From a virus (lineage: Duplodnaviria; Heunggongvirae; Uroviricota; Caudoviricetes): a stretch of 64,000 nt of DNA. The notes beneath the pieces were generated by a model. That model ran no database searches and was not told where the DNA came from. It was given only the letters and a program-made list of their open reading frames with translations. Below are positions 56,113-64,000 of the stretch, in pieces (the first letter of the stretch is position 1; the number at the start of each line of letters is the position of its first letter). Location: the IMG/VR virus record IMGVR_UViG_3300020057_001228, positions 64,001-128,000 of that record; one strand, written 5' to 3'. The position numbers and the translations under genes are program-made.

Positions 56113-56574
56113 CTACCTTCTTTCGATGTAGATTGCTGTGTTGATAGATTGGGTGACGGAGCATTTCACTGCTTCGTATCTAGCTGGCTCGTCAACTTCC
56201 TTGATAGATGAGTTCATCATCCTTAGGTTGTCGACAGATAGATGGTAATCAGCAAATACCTTCCTGCTCTTCAGAGAGGTCTTCGATTTACCAGTCGAGG
56301 ATAGTAGCATACCACCAACGTCGTTGGTAACAAAGTACCTGTATAAACCTTTTGCAGGCGTTATAACACCAGGTGCTTCGTATCTATGCCAAACCAGTTC
56401 ACCATCGTGCATTGGGTACGCGTCGATTCTGAATAGTACTTTTAGAATGACGTCGTCACATCTCCAAAGCCCAATGAGGGGATACCTGAGAGTTGGTAAA
56501 GGTCCAACATCAGGTCTGTAGAAACCACTGAAGTGGATCTCTTCTTCCCCAATTGTGATGTTTGATAACTGCAT
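56113..56574 (-). CDS. hypothetical protein
   Basis: 153-aa ORF from the MQLSN start. Confidence 0.55.
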   Translation of the reverse strand: MQLSNITIGEEEIHFSGFYRPDVGPLPTLRYPLIGLWRCDDVILKVLFRIDAYPMHDGELVWHRYEAPGVITPAKGLYRYFVTNDVGGMLLSSTGKSKTSLKSRKVFADYHLSVDNLRMMNSSIKEVDEPARYEAVKCSVTQSINTAIYIERR

Positions 56575-57314
56575 AGCTTTAACACGCTCGCTATGAATAG
56601 GATGCACCCTACCTTATATTCATACCTCAAGTTGTCAGCTCCGTAGCGACAAGTCTTCAGTATCAATAACCAGGGCGAATTCCTATACCTTATTACTTTT
56701 TCGATATACACCATCAGCCTGATTGCATCGTTATCCGATGGTATCTTAGCTGCTAAAGATATGCTCTCAGGTTTGCCTAGAGCGTCTATAATCCTCGCTG
56801 CTAGCCTTAGCTCCTCACCACCCAACACTACAGCTACATCAACCGATGAGAGGCCGCGTGGTTGTGGGTATGTAAGTAGCAGTTGCGACATGAGATTATT
56901 TACCGCCCGCCTGGAGAGCCGCCCAGAAGACTTAGGATCCAGGGCTATAGAGATTGCTTCAACAGCAGTGTCTGTGAACTTCAAATGTTTGATCCCTCTA
57001 GTTAACGCCCTCTCTACAGAGTTCGTCGTTAAAGGGGCTATACGTTTGATCTGCAGTTCGTGCTTATTAGCCCAAGCAGTCCACGCCCTGGGTATATCTG
57101 TATCCCAGCCTAGATGCCTGTTCTTCTTAGGTGTAGCAGTTATGAAGAGCATCTTCTCAGACGGGTTGAGGAACAGAAGAGGACCACCATTGATCCTGGT
57201 CTGTGCCCACTGTAATCTGAACTGACCATTAGTTAGGTCAGCACAGTTGATGACTTCAATTCCCGGAACAGCGTCTATTACGTCTTCCCTGCTACCTACG
57301 TAGAGATCAGTCAT
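56442..57314 (-). CDS. putative clamp-loader delta-like subunit
   Basis: Adjacent to the dnaX-like gene. Degenerate AAA+ layout 'LKFTDTAVEAISIAL...NLMSQLLL' with no P-loop. Confidence 0.5.
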   Translation of the reverse strand: MTDLYVGSREDVIDAVPGIEVINCADLTNGQFRLQWAQTRINGGPLLFLNPSEKMLFITATPKKNRHLGWDTDIPRAWTAWANKHELQIKRIAPLTTNSVERALTRGIKHLKFTDTAVEAISIALDPKSSGRLSRRAVNNLMSQLLLTYPQPRGLSSVDVAVVLGGEELRLAARIIDALGKPESISLAAKIPSDNDAIRLMVYIEKVIRYRNSPWLLILKTCRYGADNLRYEYKVGCILFIASVLKLCSYQTSQLGKKRSTSVVSTDLMLDLYQLSGIPSLGFGDVTTSF

Positions 57315-58356
57315 ACAAGAACTTCTTTACACCTTTCAGGTTGGTCAAGTCTACTTCCTTAACAGAGAGACTATAGGGCTGTCCAGCAATCGTTAAGAGT
57401 GCAGCTAGCCATATGTCGGTGTTACCTTGTAGACGAGCTCCTGAGAGTATGACCAGAGGCTTCTGCCAATAGAGCTTCGTTGTATCCCTAGAAGCCATGA
57501 ACACCAGATCATCAATAAGCTGAGAACCCGCACGTGCAGGCTGAGCCCCAGAGGTTATCCAAGACTTCCATCGCTTGGCAACTGCAGCTATATCTGTACG
57601 TGCCAGATCAGTCCACATCTTATTCCTATCAGCAGTGGAGATTCCTCCAATAGCTTTATAGATAAGATCCTCAGTGATCGGTTGTCCAGATAGGGTCAAA
57701 GACTCAACGATAGACCAGGCTTCCCTAAATGAACCGTTAGCCTCTTTAGCTACCATGATGAATGGAGTTGGGTCTGCTACCTTGAGAGCCTCTGCTATAC
57801 GTACACCTACAAGCTCTGGATCCACTCCATTGAATCTTACTCTTCTACATCTACCTTGGATTTCAGGGAGTACCTTATCCGGTTCAGTAGTACAGAAGAT
57901 AGCAACTGTTGTCTTCGGCATATTCTCCAAGAGAGTTAAGAACGGACTTATCGAGTCCTTCTTAAACTGGTGAACCTCATCGATGATGAGTATCTTATAC
58001 TTGGAGTTGATTGGGGCAGACCTCACGAACGGTCTAATAGTCTCTCTAACGAAATCGATAGATCGATCATTAGTACCATCTACGTAGAGCAGGTTAGGGT
58101 TATCCCCTTTGTCTACCGTGAGGCATGCCTTACATTCGTTACACGGATCTTCTTCGTTTGGGCTTTGGCAGATCAGCCTCTTCGCTATCAGGAGTGCTCC
58201 CGACGTCTTGCCGCTGCCGCTCGTCCCCTCTAAAAGGAATGCAGGTGGGAGTTGGTTCAACCTTATTGACCCTGTCAAGATCGCTTTCGCGACTGGCTGG
58301 CCTAAAAGTTGGTTCCATGTCCTCGGCCTGTTCTGTAGTGCTAAGGTTGATATCAT
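57307..58356 (-). CDS. dnaX: DNA polymerase III clamp-loader gamma-like subunit
   Basis: 'LALQNRPRTWNQLLGQ', Walker A 'GTSGSGKT', Zn motif 'C..PCNECKAC', 'IIDEVH', 'GRC', 'GSFR'. At 349 aa it lacks the tau C-terminal domains. Confidence 0.9.
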   Translation of the reverse strand: MISTLALQNRPRTWNQLLGQPVAKAILTGSIRLNQLPPAFLLEGTSGSGKTSGALLIAKRLICQSPNEEDPCNECKACLTVDKGDNPNLLYVDGTNDRSIDFVRETIRPFVRSAPINSKYKILIIDEVHQFKKDSISPFLTLLENMPKTTVAIFCTTEPDKVLPEIQGRCRRVRFNGVDPELVGVRIAEALKVADPTPFIMVAKEANGSFREAWSIVESLTLSGQPITEDLIYKAIGGISTADRNKMWTDLARTDIAAVAKRWKSWITSGAQPARAGSQLIDDLVFMASRDTTKLYWQKPLVILSGARLQGNTDIWLAALLTIAGQPYSLSVKEVDLTNLKGVKKFLYD

Positions 58357-58606
58357 CTACTACCTGTCTAGTTTCTACGATGCTTGCTACTTCTACGGCT
58401 GAGCGTGAGTAGCCACGGTATGATGGACGACCATAAGGGTCAACAAAGCATGCTCTACAGCCAAGCGCAACGATAGCGTCTTTGGTCACGATAACCGTTT
58501 GGTTCATCGTAGAGAACAGGTTTGTGGGCTTGTGTGGCTTACCAGGGCGACCACTACATACCAGATTGACTTCCTGGTTCTTCGTTAGGTCTAATACTGT
58601 AGCCAT
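58139..58606 (-). CDS. hypothetical protein (3' part overlaps dnaX)
   Basis: The N-terminal ~84 aa fill an otherwise empty gap; contains Cys/His residues. Confidence 0.45.
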   Translation of the reverse strand: MATVLDLTKNQEVNLVCSGRPGKPHKPTNLFSTMNQTVIVTKDAIVALGCRACFVDPYGRPSYRGYSRSAVEVASIVETRQVVDDINLSTTEQAEDMEPTFRPASRESDLDRVNKVEPTPTCIPFRGDERQRQDVGSTPDSEEADLPKPKRRRSV

Positions 58607-58901
58607 CAGGTAGTGGTCCTCCTCTTGCGAGCTTGTCTAGTCTAGCTCTCGCGTTATCTTTTGCTAAGCACAGAAGCTCACCGACTGACGAGATTGGCAT
58701 ATGGATATGCCCGAAGGTGGGAGCCCCGTTAACAGGGTCTATTAGTTCAGCGTGGAAGAGCGTCTCGCCAACCTCGGTGATTCGAATGATGTACGACTGG
58801 TTGAGGCGTAGTATCTCTTTCGACACTTTGTATAGATCGAGAAGATACTTTAGCTCTTTGTGACTAGCTTCCACTATAAGCATATCGGCCCCCATACCCA
58901 T
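58554..58901 (-). CDS. hypothetical protein
   Basis: TAATG-coupled to spoVS. Confidence 0.6.
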   Translation of the reverse strand: MGMGADMLIVEASHKELKYLLDLYKVSKEILRLNQSYIIRITEVGETLFHAELIDPVNGAPTFGHIHMPISSVGELLCLAKDNARARLDKLARGGPLPDGYSIRPNEEPGSQSGM

Positions 58902-59179
58902 TACCTAGGCTCTACAATGTACTGCAGAGCCGTCTTAGTCTCACCAGAGATAAGCACCTCTACAAATCCAGGTATCATAATAACATCCACATGAGTGCTG
59001 GCTAGCTGCCCTCTAGAAATAGCGATTGCTTTATTAGCCTGGTTCACAGCATCGGATCCAATAGCTCGAACGTATGACCGTCCAAACTCCTTGATCTGAT
59101 TAGTGATCGCACCGGCTACACTATTTGGGTTGCTTTTCGCACCGACCGTTAAGATCGTTTCAGCACTCGTTGCGGGCAT
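58901..59179 (-). CDS. spoVS: SpoVS-family protein (stage V sporulation protein S, Alba-like fold)
   Basis: 'ILTVGAKSNPNSVAGAI...RAIGSDAVNQANKAIAISRG...IPGFVEVLISGETKTALQYIVEPR' aligns end to end with Bacillus SpoVS as I recall it ('ILKVSAKSSPNSVAGAL...QAIGAGALNQAVKAVAIARG...IPAF..I.I.GEERTAIKLIVEPR'). Confidence 0.93.
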   Translation of the reverse strand: MPATSAETILTVGAKSNPNSVAGAITNQIKEFGRSYVRAIGSDAVNQANKAIAISRGQLASTHVDVIMIPGFVEVLISGETKTALQYIVEPR

Positions 59180-59183
59180 GTTG

Positions 59184-60977
59184 TTAATCTCCGTGTATCA
59201 TCGTTCTGGCGACTTCGATAGGATCGATGTATGCAGCTTCACCGCTGTCAAACTCTCTATCAATAGTCTGTGATGTAGCGCGAGCCTTACGTATCATTGC
59301 ATCGTAGATGTATTTATCAACGGTGTTAGACATGATCAAGTCGTAAACTGGAACAGGATCGTAAAACTGTCCAGGTCTAACCACCCTGTTATTACCCTGT
59401 GACCAAGAGACTGATCTCCAGTCATGGTCATGGTGGATAACATAAGAGGCTTCGACAAGAGTCAGACCTTCTGACATCAAGTCTAAGTTACCTACGAGTA
59501 CATCAAGAGTCTCATCCTCTTGGAACCCCTCGATACGCATATCGCGATCTAGCTGCGTAAGCTTCTTGGGAGCTGCACTCTTATCTTGGTCATAGATACG
59601 GGTGGTTGTTAACCCACCACTCTTGAGTAAAGATACGAGCCTATTACCTACTGCTATGCGGTTGGTGTAGACAATGACCTTACGGTTCTCTGCCTTAGCT
59701 TCCTTACATATCTCTAGTACCTTCTGCATCTTAGCAGTGTACTGAGTGTCCAGTGGTGGTAACAGCCCTACTTCCCAGGGGTGATTAGCAGCAGCTCTAA
59801 GGATGTTCAGGTGTGTTAGAACATTCTGTCTAGCTTTCATCCTGGAGACGGTACCCTTGTCCATCTGAACAATGGCGTCCTCTATCAGGAGAAGCATCTG
59901 CTGATGAATCTTGTTGTAGTACTCTACATGATCATCGGAGGCCTGTATGAGACATAGCTGAGAGTTTACCTTAGGGAACTTAACGTGTGGAGATACTTCT
60001 CCGTCCTTGAAGGTTAATCTATGGACTAGGTGTTTGGTAGCGTTATGAAACGCTGGTACCTGATCCGCTGCTATACCTGGTGCAGGTCTCTTCTTGATTG
60101 ACTTGGTACCCTCTTCACCAGTTACGAAGTCACGTGTGTGAGCTTCTACTCTAGTGAACTTACGGGTAAAGCCAGCTACTGTGAATGGGAACTCTGGTGA
60201 CTTCTCTCTGTAGACGACAGCAAGGATAGAGGACAGGTGTTCTACCCAACCATCCATAGGAGTACCAGTGAGTCCTAGGACTCTCTTAGCCTTCTTACGA
60301 AGCTCCTTGACGGCATGAGTACGTTGAGTCCCTACCTTCAGTCTGTGGATCTCATCAATGATCAACAAGCTTGGTGGATATCTATGCCTGAATAACTTGT
60401 ACATAGGAATGCCAACCTTACGATCGGACTTACGTCCACGTTCAGTCTGCTTCTTCAGTAGGTCGTAATGATAGATCCAGATCGGAGCCTTTGAAAGCCT
60501 AGCTGATAGTTCACCATCAATGATCTGTGCATACTTATCCATACCAGCTTTACTAAGCTCACCCTTTAACCAAACGAGGTTGAGAGTATGTCTAGGAGCC
60601 ATGATATGAATAGAGCCAGGCTTCAAGTCTTTGAGCTGCTCTTTGTAGATACCCATGATCATCAGGATAGCTTCGTAGCTCTTACCAGTACCAGCCTCAT
60701 GGGCAAACAAGTTGTTCTGTCTGAGAGCACCTAGACAAGCGTAGCGTAGTTGGTAGGGCCGTGGTGGCCTCTCACGTAGCTTAGGTATGGTCGCTATCTT
60801 GTGCTCTAGGTATGTCTCAATGTTGTCATAGTCAGGGATACCTAACAGAGTTTCCTCTGGGGTTATCTTCAGACCTAGTTTAGCGAACTCCTCTGGGGAG
60901 TTAACAATCAATCTTTGATCCGTCATCGTTAGCATGTAACTTCGAGCTTCGGCCATATAGTTTGATTGGGTGTCCAA
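59184..60977 (-). CDS. SNF2-family helicase/translocase
   Basis: 'PRPYQ', 'HEAGTGKS', 'IIDEIH', 'LTGTPM', 'SEGLTL.EAS.VI...DW', 'Q..RV.RPGQ...V.VYDL'. Confidence 0.9.
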   Translation of the reverse strand: MDTQSNYMAEARSYMLTMTDQRLIVNSPEEFAKLGLKITPEETLLGIPDYDNIETYLEHKIATIPKLRERPPRPYQLRYACLGALRQNNLFAHEAGTGKSYEAILMIMGIYKEQLKDLKPGSIHIMAPRHTLNLVWLKGELSKAGMDKYAQIIDGELSARLSKAPIWIYHYDLLKKQTERGRKSDRKVGIPMYKLFRHRYPPSLLIIDEIHRLKVGTQRTHAVKELRKKAKRVLGLTGTPMDGWVEHLSSILAVVYREKSPEFPFTVAGFTRKFTRVEAHTRDFVTGEEGTKSIKKRPAPGIAADQVPAFHNATKHLVHRLTFKDGEVSPHVKFPKVNSQLCLIQASDDHVEYYNKIHQQMLLLIEDAIVQMDKGTVSRMKARQNVLTHLNILRAAANHPWEVGLLPPLDTQYTAKMQKVLEICKEAKAENRKVIVYTNRIAVGNRLVSLLKSGGLTTTRIYDQDKSAAPKKLTQLDRDMRIEGFQEDETLDVLVGNLDLMSEGLTLVEASYVIHHDHDWRSVSWSQGNNRVVRPGQFYDPVPVYDLIMSNTVDKYIYDAMIRKARATSQTIDREFDSGEAAYIDPIEVARTMIHGD

Positions 60978-61324
60978 CTAGCTATCTGATGAATCTTCTC
61001 CTGCACTTGCAGCTTAGCTACAGAGAACTGGTCACGTCTGTATACCTGTTCTGCTTCTAGTGAGGATACTTGCTGTACCAGCTCCTCTTCTCTAGCGAGG
61101 AAGGATAGGTACTCAGCATCCTGCTGTAGCTTTAGGACTAGTGCTGCTGCACGTTTGGTATCGTTAGACCCGTCAGCGTCAGTCATCCTCATACGTAGCA
61201 TGTAGGCCTTTTTATACTTGATGGCCTCTTGTACTACTTTGAGTTGACGTCGGCTTTCTGTTAAGGCTTCAGAGATTTCTTTAATTGCTTTTGGGTATGC
61301 TTCGATAGGCATGTAATCAGCCAT
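60929..61324 (-). CDS. coiled-coil hypothetical protein
   Basis: AGGAG SD; heptad-rich sequence. Confidence 0.65.
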   Translation of the reverse strand: MADYMPIEAYPKAIKEISEALTESRRQLKVVQEAIKYKKAYMLRMRMTDADGSNDTKRAAALVLKLQQDAEYLSFLAREEELVQQVSSLEAEQVYRRDQFSVAKLQVQEKIHQIASWTPNQTIWPKLEVTC

Positions 61325-61339
61325 AGTGTGTCTCCTGAT

Positions 61340-61371
61340 ACGGCTACCAACCACGTAGGTTGGCACACCGT
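61340..61371 (-). promoter_or_regulatory. intergenic RNA hairpin with a UACGU loop
   Basis: Minus strand ACGGT-G-TG-CCAACC-TACGT-GGTTGG-TAGCCGT, ending 3 nt before the SD of the next gene. Confidence 0.6.
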
Positions 61372-61378
61372 TTAGCTA

Positions 61379-61597
61379 CTAAATGAAATCTCCAAACATC
61401 TTCTTAAGTTCTCTGTTTGGTCTTGTATTCTCTAGTTCTTCTGCGGCTGCCTTAGCGATAGCCTTGTAGCTAAGCCTAAGTGCCTTTACCTTTCCTGGTA
61501 GACGTACAGCGATGCCATCCTTCTCAACGATGACTACAATCTCTGTACCCTCTACTTCAACCTTACGGCTCAGGGGACTGCGAAGTTCTACTGCCAT
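61379..61597 (-). CDS. small hypothetical protein
   Basis: GAGGAG SD before the MAVELR start. Confidence 0.6.
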   Translation of the reverse strand: MAVELRSPLSRKVEVEGTEIVVIVEKDGIAVRLPGKVKALRLSYKAIAKAAAEELENTRPNRELKKMFGDFI

Positions 61598-61751
61598 TGT
61601 TCTGCGACTCCTCACAACGAATCTGTTCTAAGTTCATTATAGCCTCATAGAGGCTACGATCCAACAGTTTTCGCCTGGGAAAGTACTTCCTTATGACATG
61701 TTTTTGCCATTCAGGAAGACGGGATATACGGACTAGATTAGGACGTTCCAT
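61563..61751 (-). CDS. small hypothetical protein
   Basis: GGAAGAG SD-like sequence; fills the gap between neighbours. Confidence 0.5.
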   Translation of the reverse strand: MERPNLVRISRLPEWQKHVIRKYFPRRKLLDRSLYEAIMNLEQIRCEESQNNGSRTSQSPEP

Positions 61752-62325
61752 ACGTCTCTTCCAAGAGCTGTTTCAGCTTATCTAAATCCTTGAGGAACAT
61801 CCAGGGTACTGAACCTGTTTTGAATTGTCTATCCCCATCTAAGTCGAACGAACTGAATTGCTCGATGGTGGCTGGATTCCAAGTAACTAAATACTTGTAG
61901 CCCTTTAGGGGGTCGGTGAATACTTTGCCATGGATCTTACCAATACCACTCTCCACGTGGGGGAGTAGAGAAGTCTTAGCACGTTCGCCACAGATCATGA
62001 TGATCTTACACTGAACCAGCTTGAACTCTTGGTTGATCCACTTACGACAGGCATTCAACTCTTTCTCGGTAACGTCAAGCTTCTTAGGTGGGCACTTGAT
62101 AACGTTAGTAATGAATACATCACGTTCCATATCCAGTCCTACATAGGACGCCAATGCCGATCTGAGAAGCTTACCGCTAGGGCCCATCATAGGCCTTCTT
62201 AGTTTGGTCTCCTGGTTACCAGGGTAGTCGGAGACAATGATCAGCTTAGGGTTAGTAGGGCCTTCACCTGGGACAGTAATACCCTCGCCAAGCTTGCAGG
62301 CCTTACAGGCTATATCAATTAGCAT
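61738..62325 (-). CDS. family-4 uracil-DNA glycosylase-like protein with altered active-site motifs
   Basis: 'CKAC...VPGEGP...LIIVSDYPGNQE...PMMGPSGKLL...FITNVIKCPP...C'. Motif B reads WNPA instead of HP(S/A). Confidence 0.85.
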   Translation of the reverse strand: MLIDIACKACKLGEGITVPGEGPTNPKLIIVSDYPGNQETKLRRPMMGPSGKLLRSALASYVGLDMERDVFITNVIKCPPKKLDVTEKELNACRKWINQEFKLVQCKIIMICGERAKTSLLPHVESGIGKIHGKVFTDPLKGYKYLVTWNPATIEQFSSFDLDGDRQFKTGSVPWMFLKDLDKLKQLLEETYGTS

Positions 62326-62599
62326 TCTTCATGTGCCTCCTCGCTTGGTGGTACCAGGTTCTAAGGACGATTAGGATACCATCATGGTCACCTCCTATGT
62401 CAGACTCAGCCCACATCATGTTGTCTTCTAGCTGAGTAAGGAAGCCAGGTGGCCACCATTGCCCAGCATTCTCAGCCTGGTCCCAACGATTAACAAACAT
62501 GTAGACCCAGTAGCGCTTATTCCGTTCTCCCAAGCGTGACCCGTGGGGGCTTATGAGTAACGATATCTGCTTCTGAGAAGAGGACTGTGTATTGCTCAT
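62315..62599 (-). CDS. hypothetical protein
   Basis: GAGGGG SD; Trp-rich. Confidence 0.55.
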   Translation of the reverse strand: MSNTQSSSQKQISLLISPHGSRLGERNKRYWVYMFVNRWDQAENAGQWWPPGFLTQLEDNMMWAESDIGGDHDGILIVLRTWYHQARRHMKNAN

Positions 62600-63758
62600 C
62601 CCCTCGTTCAACCTTTGCCCCTGGACCTAGAGCCCAGTAGGATCGTTCAATGTCTGAGTTGGTTGGGTACGCTAGCGATGCTCGCTTCTGACGCGTCTCG
62701 ACCTTATTCAGGAACTTAGTTAAATCCCTGGACTCTTTGATAGTGGTTGAATCTGAAAGCATCGTAATGTCCCACAGAGGCCGACCACTGTTCCGCAAGC
62801 GTAAGTAGTTGTTCAGCTCGAACCGCTCACTCACTCTAGCCTTAGCCCTGAACCAAGCTGGATCTGCATTCTCTTTCAGTACTGACCCAACCCAGGTTAG
62901 GGCTGACTCCATGTTACTGAACTTAAGAGCTACAGAGTCACCAGACTTAACCACTTGGTTCTCCGCTACGTAGGGCTCAGCTGGAACCAATCGTATATTC
63001 CACAGTATGGATTTGATCGGTCTAGGATCAGCTGTAGCAACCGGTACTCTCACAACTGAGGTGAAGGTAGATAGAAGCTCTGACAGCTTGCTTACAGTAC
63101 GCAGAGTAAGCACAGAGCTAGGTTTAGCCACTCTATATCCACCAATGATGGTGACGTCATACTCTGCTACATAGGTATACAGGAACGTCTGTACATTGGT
63201 CTGGATATACTCCTTGATGTTGTCAGGAAGCTCCATAGTACCTTTGTGTAGACCTATGAGGATGCCGTTCTCTACAAGAGACTTAGTAGCCACGTCTAGA
63301 CATATAGAGGTTTGTGAGGCTTGGCTGGTTGTGTTAACCAGACCTCTGTCTACACAGTTCGATGCATTCATTAAGAACCACTGCTGTTTCTGTGGATCCA
63401 AGTGGACGATAGCCAAACCAAAAGCTTTATTCGGTTCACCGATGGTGAGTAGGCTTGGACTCTTGGCTAAGAAGTTACCAGTTGGAAACACTTCTCTGTT
63501 CAAAGCCATCAGAGATTCATCTGTGTCTACACCTTGGTACAAGACACCACCACCCAGTGAAGATGTAATCAGTGCTTTGTCGCACATCATCTCCAGGATA
63601 GCTACGTTGTCCTGTACCCGTAGTAGATGGACTAGCTCTGCGTAGACCTTCTCATCGATCTTGTACTTATCCGCAGCGGCAATCCAGAGGGCTGTAGCAT
63701 GCTCCACAACCTTCTGACGGGGTTTCTTTTGTAGGTCTGACAGTGTTATCTGCTTCAT
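62517..63758 (-). CDS. hypothetical protein
   Basis: 413-aa ORF; no motif recognised. Confidence 0.7.
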   Translation of the reverse strand: MKQITLSDLQKKPRQKVVEHATALWIAAADKYKIDEKVYAELVHLLRVQDNVAILEMMCDKALITSSLGGGVLYQGVDTDESLMALNREVFPTGNFLAKSPSLLTIGEPNKAFGLAIVHLDPQKQQWFLMNASNCVDRGLVNTTSQASQTSICLDVATKSLVENGILIGLHKGTMELPDNIKEYIQTNVQTFLYTYVAEYDVTIIGGYRVAKPSSVLTLRTVSKLSELLSTFTSVVRVPVATADPRPIKSILWNIRLVPAEPYVAENQVVKSGDSVALKFSNMESALTWVGSVLKENADPAWFRAKARVSERFELNNYLRLRNSGRPLWDITMLSDSTTIKESRDLTKFLNKVETRQKRASLAYPTNSDIERSYWALGPGAKVERGDEQYTVLFSEADIVTHKPPRVTLGRTE

Positions 63759-63984
63759 TGATTAGCTTGTGCTCCCGAAGAACTCTATCCACAACAGCTT
63801 CTATATGCTGCTCTTTAGCGAAGTGCTGGTCTACCTGTTCCTCAACCCACTCAGCTATTTTCTGGGTAGGTCGTGAGGCAGTAAAAGCATGTAAGACACC
63901 AAGGCCACAGAGTGTAACACCAACACCCATAAGAACTAAGCTCGCCTGCCCAAAGACTATTGATAAGCCAATTGAATCTACCAT
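63667..63984 (-). CDS. hypothetical membrane protein
   Basis: AGGAG SD and an N-terminal hydrophobic helix. Confidence 0.55.
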   Translation of the reverse strand: MVDSIGLSIVFGQASLVLMGVGVTLCGLGVLHAFTASRPTQKIAEWVEEQVDQHFAKEQHIEAVVDRVLREHKLINEADNTVRPTKETPSEGCGACYSPLDCRCG

Positions 63985-64000
63985 CTGTACTACTCCTGGA

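Noticed and set aside
1-64000. tRNA genes, introns/inteins, diversity-generating retroelement, stop-codon reassignment
   Set aside because: Intergenic gaps are too short for tRNAs, conserved enzymes are uninterrupted, no reverse transcriptase motif was seen, and ORFs tile the window under the standard code.

Overview
This 64-kb window is part of a large, tightly packed tailed-phage genome with a contractile (myovirus-type) tail, read with the standard genetic code. The + strand (1-44,485) is the virion morphogenesis arm. It runs: neck-like genes, tail sheath, a 2x[4Fe-4S] ferredoxin, two paralogous tube proteins, baseplate hub, a spike apparently split over separate genes, gp25/J/wedge baseplate genes, a DUF4815-type protein and a modular tail-fibre cluster. 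It continues with a Zn-metallopeptidase, a papain-like cysteine protease, a holin/amidase/holin-like lysis cassette, a 1,022-aa protein and the terminase large subunit. It ends in a 2,958-aa tape-measure-like protein carrying a degenerate PLD domain, an M15A peptidase and a lytic transglycosylase. The - strand (44,472-63,984) is the converging replication/recombination arm: HTH proteins, dNMP kinase, Cas4/RecB-like nuclease, Holliday-junction resolvase, UvrD, type-2 RNase H, DnaG primase, SF2 and SNF2 helicases, SSB-like protein, clamp-loader gamma and probable delta, a clear SpoVS homologue and a variant family-4 UDG. No capsid, portal, DNA polymerase, integrase, tRNA, CRISPR array or mobile element was recognised in the window. 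SpoVS plus an amidase lysin with no recognisable spanins suggests a monoderm or thick-envelope host (Bacillota, Deinococcota or Chloroflexota-like); this is inference. All product calls come from motif recognition by eye; no database search was run.
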